From: Octopus sinensis
Taxonomy: Eukaryota
Assembly: GCF_006345805.1 (NCBI RefSeq)
Contig: NW_021835590.1
Coordinates: 1-26,180, forward strand
DNA length: 26,180 nucleotides
Direction: 5' to 3'
A model generated the notes under the pieces. That model was not told where the DNA came from, made no database searches, and was given only the letters and a program-made list of their open reading frames with translations. Position numbers and translations under genes: made by a program. Position 1 is the first letter of the stretch, and every line of letters starts with the position of its first letter. This document shows positions 13,886-24,823 of this stretch, piece after piece.

Positions 13886-14120
13886 GAATATATATATATC
13901 ATATATACACGTGTGTGCGCATGCACGCGTGATACGTGCACACATTCTAATATCAAATATATATGTATACCTGTGTGAATGGATTTCCGTGTGTGTGTGC
14001 GTGCGTGCGTGCGTGCGTGCATGCCTGCGTGCGTGCGTGCGTGCGTGCCTGCGTGCCTGCGTGCCTGCGTGCCTGCGTGCCTGCGTATGTGTGTTTGTGT
14101 GTATGTGTATGTGTGTTTGT
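13697..14120. repeat. Compound microsatellite: (CG)/(CA)/(AT)n, then (GTGC)n, (GCGTGCCT)n and (GT)n
   Basis: AT run at about 13808-13882; GTGC and GCGTGCCT units at about 13990-14085. Confidence 0.95.
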
Positions 14121-14139
14121 ATTAAGTACAAACTTCGTA

Positions 14140-14626
14140 TCACCGCTGCCACCACTAGCATAACACCAACAGCATAAACAACATCACCACCACCACCACT
14201 ATCATCAACAACAACAACGAAGTGTACTACAATAACAACAACAACAACTAAATGATCAGATGCTTTAATAAGTCAGTGTCTCACTTTCTGCCTGATTAAA
14301 CTTATTGATCGACATTTTCCCTTTCATAGTGCAGTCGCCATTTTCTTTTCTTTTCGTTTTTATTTCAAAAACTTATCTTGGGTTATTCATATCGATTCAA
14401 CGGATTCATTCATTTTTTTCATACATTGCATATATATTTTGTTATCAACATCAATCAATATTATCATCCTCAACATCTTCATTGTCGTCGGCAACATCAT
14501 CACCACCGCCATCGTTTTTATGATGATGATCTTTATGATGATGGAGAAAAGGATGATGGCGATGGTGGTGACTCCAAGAATACAGTGAAATAAACATACA
14601 CCACCATCATCATCATTATCATCATC
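14140..14626. repeat. Degenerate trinucleotide repeats (ACC/AAC/ATC/GAT)
   Basis: CACCACCACC, AACAACAAC, CATCATCAT and GATGATGAT tracts. Confidence 0.8.
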
Positions 14627-14637
14627 AGTCCGATCTT

Positions 14638-15182
<545 letters not shown>

Positions 15183-16632
15183 AGGAAGGTGTTTGTGAAT
15201 TTGACGAACGTTGTGATTTGCACTTTACATTTCGCTTGCATTCGACACTCGCCTTTGGTATCAGGCTTATTACTCTACGAATGTCACTCTGTTGTTGATT
15301 TCTATTGTATTGCATGACGATTAGATTAGATGATTTTTATATAATAATTATCTTCTATTGTGCTGTATTCAGATTCTATTATGTTCTACTGTATTGCACT
15401 TCCGAGCACTTAAATTCTGCACAGAGTTGCGCTTAGACACTGCATAATTCATGCTAATATCTCAGCCCTATTAAGGAACATTCGATACCAAAACCAGCAT
15501 GGGCTAAACTGCAATAGCAGTAAATATTATGCACTGCAGCACATCCAGGTGAACACCGAACATCAAAAGCTGCTGCACAACCCATTTTGTTTTGCGCGCT
15601 TCTAGCACTGTACTTTGCTATTCATATTTGATGTGTTGATATTTGACTTGTGAATTTGGGAGGCCATCAGGAAGTGAACGGTTCGTGGTGAATTTATTAC
15701 AGACTCACAAGATGTTATTCACTTTGTTTTTGACCACTTGGTTTGTGCATTTATTATTTATTTATTTATTTTTTTTTTTTGCTGCCATTGTTTAGCAGAT
15801 GCAGTCTGAACGATACCATACGACAAGCTGCCTGTACTGATCTTAAGCCTCTTCCTCTCACTTTTCTTTTGAGACAGAGTCGGTCAGTATCAATATTTCT
15901 GTATAGGTTTGCAGTGATTAACAGAAATCTTGAGGTGGGGAGGTGGAATTAATGTCTATGGAGCAGGTTTCCTCTATAGACTCATGAAGTATACCAAATG
16001 TTAGTATCAGTATGATCGCTGTGCGATATCGTCGTATTGTAAGACGGACTGCTATGCTTTGCTTCCAGTCTAGTATGATAGAGTTTGGTTACTGTATGTT
16101 TGTTCATAACATGGTATTTGTATGGTATTCTTCAATACTATATTTCTAACACTTGCTGTGTAGAACAGGCGGACAGAGACAGAGAGAGAAAAACCATTGG
16201 TACAAAATTTTAGGGTTTGAAAACAGTATTATGTATGTGGTGTGTGTGTGTGTGTGTGTGTGTAATTTAATTTAATTCTGTTTGATGAAACTAATTACCT
16301 CAGTCTAAAATTTTCCATCCGTTTCGTCGGTTGAAATTTCTGACTGATGAAACGAGTTCCCACCCAGCAATGGGAAGTTTCTGGACATCAAATAAAAAAT
16401 GTCACATATTTGAAGTTTGTTTCACAACACTGCTTTGCGTGCATACTACATAATTGATTCAAACCTGGCGGTTGGTCGCAGACGATCAGTAAATAGTTTT
16501 TACAGGAAATTATAGCTTCCAAAGTCATCTCGGGTTTGCTTCTCTTTTGTAGTACCCGGTACTGAGAGCCAAATAGCTAGAAAAGCACCTATCGGTCTAT
16601 TAGAGAGCGCCCCAACACTGTTTTAACACTTA

Positions 16633-17010
16633 CTAACAATATCGCCCGGCGTTGCTCGGGTTTGTTTCGACCCTTTACAATTGAAATTTTTGAAAAGTAA
16701 AAATTTTACATTAAGTAGCTTGTTATTTTCTATAAGTGAACATTCTTCTGGTTGAAATACACCGAAAAATGGCGACACAGCAGTCAAAAAATCGTAATAA
16801 ATAGGGATTTTCATAGAAAAAAAAGCACCATTTTGATGTAAATAATTTTTGGTGTTAACATGGTCCGATTTGAATTTGAATTTTTCTACGGAAGGAAGAG
16901 CAAGCCTTCTTCTATCATACTTTCAATTTTGGTCAACTTGCGTCGCAGGGTCTCGGAGGAGATAATGTTAGTTGAAAGCTACCAAACGTGCCATACACAA
17001 ACGATTTCAG

Positions 17011-17063
<53 letters not shown>

Positions 17064-17064
17064 G
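16633..17064 (-). mobile_element. Non-autonomous Helitron-like element
   Basis: The minus-strand 3' end reads CCCGAGCAACGCCGGG-CGATATTG-TTAG|T. That is a GC-rich hairpin (16645-16660, 6-bp stem with one bulge) 12 nt before a CTAG-like terminus followed by T, the canonical Helitron 3' signature. The other end merges with a (TA)n/(CT)n tract. No Rep/helicase ORF. Confidence 0.65.
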
Positions 17065-17325
17065 CAATAATAAATCTCTGAACGAGATGTAAACAGTAAC
17101 CGCTCGACAACGTAAAGTATAATAGCCATCTCAATATGGCTAACCACTGAGGGTGGGTGTTACTGTAGCTTTTAGCCCCAGGAGTGTGTGTGTGTGTGTA
17201 TGCGTATTTAAACGAATTTTAATGTCATGAATAGCGAAAGCGAAACCAGTCGACAAATACAAGGTGTATTAAAAATTATATTAAAGCTATGTAAAGTGTG
17301 TGCATTTCCCTTCTTTAATTTCTTT

Positions 17326-17326
<1 letters not shown>

Positions 17327-17402
<76 letters not shown>
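17327..17402. repeat. (AT)n microsatellite
   Basis: Directly visible. Confidence 0.97.
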
Positions 17403-17403
<1 letters not shown>

Positions 17404-17839
17404 AAGGGCCGTAATCCTAAGCATGACAAATGGTTGAATAAATATATATTCACTTCTCATTCCACCTGACATTTTATGGACTATATATAGTCTCACAAAA
17501 TAATTTCATCGATCAGATCTCTTGGATTTCAGCTGCATGAAACTTTGCAGTTCTGTATTGGATTACTTTGTGGTTTGTTAACCGAGTCTGTTGGAGGAGT
17601 TTTCTGTGATAGCCACATTATTTTATGAATCTTTATGTATTACACTACGAATGTGTGTATGTACATATATATATACCATGACTGAAATAAGTAAAAGAGT
17701 ATTAAAACTGCTAGCTTATTTAATGTTCTCATTTAGTGTCCTATTTATAGGGCAATGAGACTTAATGGGTTAACGCTGGTCTCTACCTCTCTGACTTCGA
17801 ATAGTTAATATCTCATTTGATTCGGGTTATTCCTTGAGG

Positions 17840-17842
<3 letters not shown>

Positions 17843-17901
<59 letters not shown>
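17843..17901. repeat. (TC)n microsatellite
   Basis: Directly visible. Confidence 0.98.
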
Positions 17902-17904
<3 letters not shown>

Positions 17905-18379
17905 GTTACTTCCCACCCGATCCTCATCCTTGCGTAGATTATTTTTTCTCTTTTCCTTTTATTTTTTTATCATTAAGATTATAAAAGTATCTTATCTCCA
18001 GACAGTTGTTCTTTCAGTTACATCAAATGTTACACGTGTATCTTGAAGCAAACTGACCAGCTAAGCGAACTAATCAGATGCTTGCCATTTCATGATAATA
18101 AGTTTACTTGACGTTTCACTCTTTTCACAACAAGAACAGCAACATAAACAACAAGAACAGTAACAACACTTCACGGTAAAACTTCTTTGATGCTGTTCGG
18201 AAACCAACGCTGTTCTGGGTGAATATTTTCCTACGAGAACGGAACTTGTGACTGGCTTTTTAACTGAAGATACATTTACTCTTTCGTTGTGCATCCATAA
18301 AGAAATTGTTATTTATTCATTTACTTGTCTTTTTCTTCATTCCATTGCCTTTGTTCCTTTCTTTTTTGAGCTTTTGTGC

Positions 18380-18380
<1 letters not shown>

Positions 18381-18426
<46 letters not shown>

Positions 18427-18433
18427 TATATAT
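18381..18433. repeat. (TA)n microsatellite
   Basis: Directly visible. Confidence 0.97.
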
Positions 18434-18526
18434 TCAAGAGAGAGCTGAACTCTAAAAAAGATGATAGTCTATTTGGAAGTATAACATAAGTTGCTGTGTG
18501 TTTTGCATTATGCATGTTTGTTTGTT

Positions 18527-18935
18527 TTAGCTACTCTCTTTCCGATGTAACACTTCCGCTACCTGATCGTGTCGCTTCACCTTACAATGGTTTTGGGTAA
18601 GTCTAGACCATTTGTTCGCGATAAGGGCAATGGTTTCATCCACCCTATTACAGAAGCGGTACAGTGGAGACACTTTCCCATTCCTATGGTTGACCCTCCA
18701 ATTTGTGGCCAAAGATTGGTCTTGTGCTGCTAGTATGGTGCTACCAATCTCTATTTTCAACGTTCCTTTCTTCAACGAGTCCTACATGTGTTTTCCAGCA
18801 CCTACGTGGAATTGATTGTGTAGTTCCTTCTTGCGTAATACTTCTTCTTGTCCTTTTCTCTGCTTTCTATATGCCCTCATTCTTAACTGACACTTATCAG
18901 ATTTCCTTACCTTTGGATAGGTATCTCAGTAATCT
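18527..18935 (-). pseudogene. Decayed C-terminal (post-RT, zinc-knuckle) fragment of an R4/Dong-like RLE non-LTR retrotransposon
   Basis: Minus-strand translation KKELHNQF...LKKGTLKIEIGSTILAAQDQSLATN...YRFCNRVDETIALIANKWSRLTQNHCKVKRHDQVAEVLH. It matches the family pattern LHGQF...KG.LK.ETE..I.AAQDQ.L.T...CR.C...ET..HI...C..L....Y..RHD.VA..IH. The CCHC residues are partly lost and there is an in-frame stop upstream. Confidence 0.85.
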
Positions 18936-18940
18936 CCCGA

Positions 18941-19117
18941 GTATGTTTGTATGTATGTATGTATCTATGTATGTATGTATGTATGTATGTATGTATGTAT
19001 GTATGTATTATGTATGTATGTATGCATGCATGCATGCTTGCAAGCTTGCATGTAAATGCGTATGTGTGCGCGCGTGTGTGTGTGTACGCGTGTGTGTGTG
19101 TGTGCGCGCGTGTGTGT
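18941..19117. repeat. (GTAT)n, (GCAT)n and (GT/GC)n compound microsatellite
   Basis: Directly visible. Confidence 0.95.
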
Positions 19118-19332
19118 AAGCTTTGAAATAAATCTTGCGCACTGGCTCGCCATTCACTTCCTCCTTTCGGCTTACCTCCTTATCTATTATAATATGATTT
19201 TTTCAAAGTTTGCTCACCCCCACGAAAGTATAACACACCCATACACGCACACATGCAAACACACACTTGCACACACAAAAGTGTGTGCATATGCATACAT
19301 ATATATGTGTGGTGTGCATATGTGTGTACGTA

Positions 19333-19395
<63 letters not shown>

Positions 19396-19416
19396 ATATA
19401 TACACATATATATATA

Positions 19417-19660
19417 CTCTTTACTCTTTTATTTGTTTCTGTAAAATGACTGCGGCCACGCTGGAGCACCGCCTTATTCTTTGTAAGCCTAGTACTTACT
19501 CTATAGGTCTCTTTTGCCGAACCGCTAAGTTACATATATACACAACGGGCTTCTTTCAGTTTCCATTCATCCAATCCACTCACAAGGCTTTGCTTTGGCT
19601 CGAGGCTATAGTAGGAGACACTTGCACAAGCTACTAACCACACATCCACTCCAGCGCCTA
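19417..19660 (-). mobile_element. Internally deleted tRNA-derived cephalopod SINE
   Basis: The minus strand starts AGGCGCTGGAGTGGATGTGTGGTTAGTAGCTTG (A-box-like), continues CAAGTGTCTCCTACTATAGCCTCGAGCC...GGTGCTCCAGCGTGGCCGCAGTCA and ends in an AAAGAGT-type tail. It matches my recollection of the dominant Octopus SINE. No B box is visible. Confidence 0.75.
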
Positions 19661-19879
19661 TATATATAGCTAAAGGTGGCTAGTCGCAATATATAACCAA
19701 AACGGAAAAAATTTAATTGTCACTAACAGTGATTAAGGGTGTAGGGTAGCACCTACATTGCTAGAAACAAGAGTCAAAGACCCTTATAGCCATAAAGAGC
19801 ACATTCTTTTGTTCTGCTCTACATTACTCTTCTATTCTTTAGGGTATACATCTTTGTCGGATATATGATCCACTGGCGA

Positions 19880-19887
19880 TGTATGTG

Positions 19888-19930
<43 letters not shown>

Positions 19931-20160
19931 TGTGTGTTTGTATGTATATTGATCAGATAAGAAGAGTGAAGTGAGAGAAGTATATTCCATTATCTGACAG
20001 CTGTTTCGTAATCTGTGTTTGTTATATAAGCGACTCTACATTATCCGTCACACATGTATACATATGAATAGATAGATAGAGAGAGAGAGAGAGAGATACA
20101 TACGTACGTACGTACATACATACATACATACATACATACATACATAAATACATACATACA

Positions 20161-20192
<32 letters not shown>

Positions 20193-20280
20193 CATACATA
20201 CATACGTACGTACGTACGTACATACATACATACATACATACATACATACATACATACATACATACATACATACATACATA
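19880..20280. repeat. (GT)n, (GA)n and (TACA)n/(TACG)n microsatellites
   Basis: GT at about 19880-19936; GA at about 20077-20096; TACA at about 20097-20280. Confidence 0.95.
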
Positions 20281-20329
20281 ATTGTGCTGAACGATTAAGA
20301 ACAGACTCAACTTCAGAACACTTCATGGC

Positions 20330-20440
20330 TGGTATGCATGGGCAACTGCTGGCCTTCCAAACAACGTTGCCCAGACTTGTACCTCGGAGGGAAACTTTCT
20401 AGGTGCAATCCCATGGTCATTCATGACCGAAGAGGATCTT
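20330..20440 (+). mobile_element. Short interspersed repeat fragment (SINE/LINE-tail-like)
   Basis: CCCAGACTTGTACCTCGGAGGGAAACTTTCTAGGTGCAATCCCATGGTCATTCATGACCGAAG is flanked by microsatellites. I recall it as a common octopus repeat; unverified. Confidence 0.4.
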
Positions 20441-20493
20441 TATATACATACATGTATATCATATATACAGATTTATATACATACATATATATA

Positions 20494-20654
<161 letters not shown>

Positions 20655-20744
20655 TAAGATAAAACTTACTTGGAAATGGATGCGTGGCGTTCCATCATAT
20701 AAAACAAAATAATAAATAAAACATATGCATATATACCATACATA

Positions 20745-20948
20745 TATGTACCTACATCTATATGTATATATACATGCATATATGGGTACAGGACACCAAA
20801 AAACGTCGAACACAATGAGAAACGAAAACATAAACACAAAACCAAGGAAATGGCCATTTTTTTAAACAACCGAAAAACAGAGTAAAAGGCATACAACACA
20901 AGGAAAATTCCCCTTCTTCAGCTGCCTTTGTTTCGTCTACTCCGTGTT
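20745..20948. repeat. Dispersed repeat, copy 1 of 2 (homologous to 21705-21913)
   Basis: Shares TATATACATGCATATATGGGTACAGGAC...TGAGAAAC..AACATAA...AAAACCA.GGAAA...AACAAC...CCCTTC.TCAG.TG.C...TGTTT..TCTACTCCG.GTT with copy 2. Confidence 0.85.
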
Positions 20949-21617
20949 ATGTATATATATAATATATATATATGATATATATATATATATATATTATATT
21001 ATATATATTATATATATCTATGTATATATATGTGTGTATGTGTACATATATGTATATACACATACATACACAGATACGTATTTACATACCTAAATGTTAA
21101 TGTGTGTATGGGTATGTGCGTCTGTCAGTGTATGTATGTATACACGCACATATACACACATATAATATTATACACACCGACATCATTATCAGTTCCAACA
21201 ACCCTGTAATAATAATAATCCTCTCAAATTTTCCCGTTGAACGATGCCTTAACCTGACTAGGTGGGTGTTGGAAATTCGTAGGAAATATTTCAGGCTATT
21301 TTTACATTCTAACCGCTCATATCGTGGCCACACCTGTTTATTTAGACATTGATCCGACTTCACTGGCCTTGCCCGTCTTTTTGCCTCTCTTATCTTCTCT
21401 TATCATTTCAGGCAGAAATATTCGTACGTCTACACATCCATACACGCATGTACAGACATATATACTTATATAGAACCATGTACGCATAGCCGCATACACA
21501 CACACACACACATATACATATATGTGTGTGTGTTATACATACATATATTCGTGTGTGTAATGTGGCTGTGTATGCATATATATATGTGTGTGTTATATAT
21601 ATATATATTATATATAT

Positions 21618-21649
<32 letters not shown>

Positions 21650-21704
21650 ATATAATATAATATAATATATATATAATATATATGCAGATATATACATACA
21701 CATG

Positions 21705-21913
21705 TACATGCCTACATATATGTATATATACATGCATATATGGGTACAGGACGTTAAAAAACGTGAACATATTGAGAAACAGGAACATAAGCAAAACCAT
21801 GGAAAACGAACTTTTTTTCGAACAACGAAAGAAACAAATAGAGAAACGAGACACGCAACATAAAGAACAGTCCCTTCATCAGTTGTCCCCTGTTTTATCT
21901 ACTCCGCGTTTCG
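21705..21913. repeat. Dispersed repeat, copy 2 of 2 (homologous to 20745-20948)
   Basis: Same conserved blocks in the same orientation, offset about 958 bp. Confidence 0.85.
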
Positions 21914-21955
<42 letters not shown>

Positions 21956-21968
21956 ATATATATATATA

Positions 21969-22670
21969 CGTGGTCTGATCAATAAGTATCCGAACTGTTG
22001 CTCTAGTAACGAAGTTAAAGCACGCAGAGCGAAGCCGCTTGACACGGACCGACCTTTAACTCGGCTGTGCATGCGTTCTAAGTTTTAACGTTCTAGCTGT
22101 TTACAACAGTGATTAGAAGGAACGCGCATAGCGTGTGATCGTCGCATTCACCACGACTGACAAAGTTGAGCAGAGAATCTGCATCAAATATTGCCAAAAT
22201 TTGGCGATAGGCAAAGTTTTCAAAAAGTTTTCGTCGTTCTCGACACAATCAAGATCTTGTACAACTGAAACCCGAGTATCTTTTTGGTCAACTGAAAACA
22301 GTTTTGGCACAAACTTGGCAGGCATGCTTCTCATACCTAAATGGACTGAACTGAACCGTAACTAATCTGCACATACCCTGATAATTCAAGGATAGTGATT
22401 CGACGATTTCTCCTCACAGCTGAACGCACATCTGCGATGTTTTTCTCAATTCTGCTGGTTGCGGGTCTCTCCGGACGTTCGTCAATATCGACATTTTTGG
22501 GCCATCTTGGAAACGTCTGGACCCCTCTTACACTTATGAGCGGCTCATGCACTCCTCTCCATACACTTTCTGCAACTTTGCGTAGGCCTCTGGGCAGGTA
22601 TCGCCATGACAATTTCCTCTGTCATGGTCAATTCGACGATTATACGCTACAAACCTTCTTTCCAACCTTC
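21969..22670 (-). mobile_element. Mariner (Tc1/mariner) derived defective element with a fold-back arrangement; pseudogenised N-terminal transposase on the minus strand
   Basis: A TA site (21967-21968) is followed by the TIR-like CGTGGTCTGATCAATAAGTATCCGAACT. Minus-strand frames give GDTCPEAYAKLQKVYGEECMSRS...RFQDG / NVDIDERPERPATSRIEKNIADVRSAVRRNRRITILELSGYVQISYGSVQSI / MRSMPAKFVPKLFSVDQKDTRV...ENDENFLKTL. These cover the mariner paired-HTH region and the WVP-like linker, with stops and frameshifts. Confidence 0.9.
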
Positions 22671-23303
22671 TGTCATCAGAGTTTTTTTAGGTAGGTGTTT
22701 AGGCCAATCGTGGCAATCTTCATTGTCAATTTCAGTTGTAAAAGTCTACGGCCACCCTCTTCTCTATATCTGCTTTAGATGGTGCATTCTATGCATTGTC
22801 AACAATTTTCGTATTTTTCTGTCAAGATTACAGATTTCAGTAATGGACCAGTTAATAATATTGAAACTTTAAGTCACGACCGGTATGGCTAAAGTATTGA
22901 TCGCTTCTATCCTGTTTCTTGCATTCAGCTTTGTCTTGAGTATTGCCCTTACCCTGCGCTAACATTCTTCTTTTATCTTTTCCCTCATCATTGAATGTTT
23001 GATTCCATCACTTTCAAATACCCCTAGGTATTTGTAGCTCTCCGCTGGTTGAATGGTTCTATCATTTTTCCTCTGATGAAGGTAGCTTTTGCGCATTTAT
23101 CGAGGCCAAATTTCATCCTGATTTCATCACTGAACTGTTTAACAATTGCTAGTAAACCCTGTAGTTGTTGGTCATTTTTTTTTTTTTTTTGCTAAGAGCT
23201 TTAAATCATCCATGTAAAAGAGATGATTTATATTTTTATCAAAAATTTTATACAGTTCTATATTTAAGAATAGGGAATTATGTACAATATTTACATTATT
23301 TAT

Positions 23304-23375
23304 GGGCATATGGCGTAGTGATTGAGAGCGTGGGCTACTAACCGCAAGATTCCGAGTTCGATTCCAGGCAGTGAC
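23304..23375 (+). promoter_or_regulatory. tRNA-derived head with internal RNA Pol III A and B boxes
   Basis: A box TGGCGTAGTGA at 23311-23321 and B box GAGTTCGATTCC at 23354-23365, with tRNA-like spacing. An anticodon-loop-like CTACTAA lies between them. The acceptor stem is degenerate. Confidence 0.85.
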
Positions 23376-23466
23376 TGAATATAATAATAATAATAATAAT
23401 AATAATATTAACAACAACATCGAAAAATACCTTAGGAATGAGAACCCAGGTTTGAAATTTCCCCAA

Positions 23467-23512
23467 GACATCTGATGAAGGCTGGATGGTATATCAGCCG
23501 AAACGTTGTGTT
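23467..23512 (+). ncRNA. Minimal type I hammerhead ribozyme motif (Penelope/retrozyme-like)
   Basis: Stem I GACAT (23467-71) pairs with GTGTT (23508-12). Core CTGATGA is at 23472-78, followed by an extra A. Stem II is GGCTG (23480-84) with CAGCC (23495-99), then GAAA (23500-03). Helix III is the palindrome ACGT, and the predicted NUH triplet GTT ends at 23507. Confidence 0.75.
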
Positions 23513-24654
23513 AACAACAAACAAGATGAGAACAAATATACGTCAAATGTAAATAATGTAAATAAAAATTTTATAGCCATATTGTACATCCTCGAGCAAT
23601 TTCGAAAGAGGTATTAAGACTAGACAAAAGAGGAACAGTGTCCATTCATGCACGTTATGTTCAGAGAGCCAAGGGCCCCAATAACTGTATTAACATCTTT
23701 ACAAAGTGCAAGATTATCTTCATGGAAAAATTGGTCATGGCGGCTGCAGAAAATGAGCTTTTTACGTATCAATTCACAGTAGACTCTAACCTTGCAATCT
23801 TAAACCTAAATATTCAGCTGGTATCTTCAGTTAATTCAATTCACGAACTTCCTCGTCCAGATGTTCGATTAATAGTAAATGTGGTCTGTTTGGAAATCAG
23901 ATCGTCTGGAATATTGGATGAGAAATGTGATCGTCTTTGTTTTTTCTTTTGATATGCTTCAGGTTCGTTGGATTACTGCGTGCTCAGAAGGATTTCGTAT
24001 AGGAAGGTGATCACTGTGGTAAATTAGGGTATTTAATTAGGCTATTTTGATGTGATCACTTTTGTACACAGAAGATAAAAATAAAACGTGCAAATAGCAT
24101 ACGATGTAACTCGTTTAGACTTCCTGTCACATTCAAAATAAATTTCTTTGCATTTTTCTACGAATGGTGTAGAGTTACTTTTCTGGGATTTTAAGGTGTT
24201 ATCACCAACATATTTATAGCAGAAGAAATTTGGATGACTCAGACAGCTGAGTGATATCTCAAAGCATCTAATGGAACATAAACATTTATGTAAAATCAAC
24301 AAGGAGTAACACACACACACTAACTCTTAACACTGTAGCTATTTACCGGCAAACTGACATGGAGCTGCTCCACACAGACACTAGGTCTACGTCCGAACTG
24401 ATGATGTTAACTGTTTCAACCTACACAATCTGCTTCTCTGACTAAGTTTATCTTAACAAAATTATCAGAACTTTAACCTGAAAATAATAAATGGTCCAGA
24501 TTTTACAATCAGGGTTAATATAACAAATATTAACTAAAAAATTGCTCTTATTTTGGTCTACTCAGACCATAATTCCTGCATCCGCCGTAGGTAAGGGTCC
24601 CATAGGAAGGGTGTATAAGTTAAACAATGCTATTAGCCACAAAAAAGAGGTTGT

Positions 24655-24823
24655 TTCATGGCTGTTGCAATACTATTTACAGACGGCGCTTTACGATATG
24701 AATTTAAATCTTCCCGTGAGAATCTTTGCCCTTCATCCTTCTGGAGTTGATAAAGTAATGGAATCGATCTAATCAATCAAGTTCTACCTCCTAAAGTGCT
24801 GCATCGTGCCAGTCTTAGAAACT
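24655..24823 (+). mobile_element. Old diverged SINE remnant
   Basis: CTTTGCCCTTCATCCTTCTGGAGTTGATAAAGTAA...ATCGATCTAATCAATCAAG...CCTCCTAAAGTGCTGCATCGTGCCAGTCTTAGAAAC resembles a recalled octopus SINE body; unverified. Confidence 0.5.

Larger units (their letters stand above)
23253..23563 (+). mobile_element. 311-bp SINE-like retroposon (tRNA head + (AAT)n + hammerhead-containing tail) with a 12-bp TSD
   Basis: AAAAATTTTATA is duplicated at 23241-23252 and 23564-23575. Removing the insert and one TSD copy restores the RT frame GYKIFDKNINHLFYMDD. Confidence 0.92.
22671..23640 (-). pseudogene. 5'-truncated reverse transcriptase fragment of an R4/Dong-like RLE non-LTR retrotransposon, interrupted by a 311-bp insertion
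   Basis: Minus strand: LFCLVLIPLSKLLEDVQYGYKIF|DKNINHLFYMDDLKLLAK (YxDD catalytic motif), then a poly-A frameshift. It continues NDQQLQGLLAIVKQFSDEIRMKFGLDKCAK...ESYKYLGV...LNARNRIEAINTLAIPVV...LDRKIRKLLTMHRMHH...EGGRRL, with several stops. Confidence 0.92.

Noticed and set aside
15392-15412. miR-92-like start TATTGCACTT
   Set aside because: The match stops after 10 nt, lies at the end of a degenerate 5-bp repeat tract, and has no evident precursor hairpin.
18070-18294. Cys-rich 74-aa ORF resembling a metallothionein or toxin
   Set aside because: The Cys run derives from a degenerate (AAC/AGC)n tract read on the minus strand. There is no signal peptide or family motif.
23304-23375. Functional tRNA gene
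   Set aside because: The acceptor and anticodon stems pair poorly, there is no oligo-T terminator, and it lies within a TSD-flanked insertion. It is a SINE head.
23638-24320. ORFs upstream of the RT fragment as a continuation of the LINE or a host exon
   Set aside because: No RT or other recognisable motif in any frame I read. The LINE appears 5'-truncated near 23640.
24398-24420. CTGATGA box (also at 16344-16350) as a possible hammerhead
   Set aside because: Neither is followed by a stem II and GAAA in the required arrangement.
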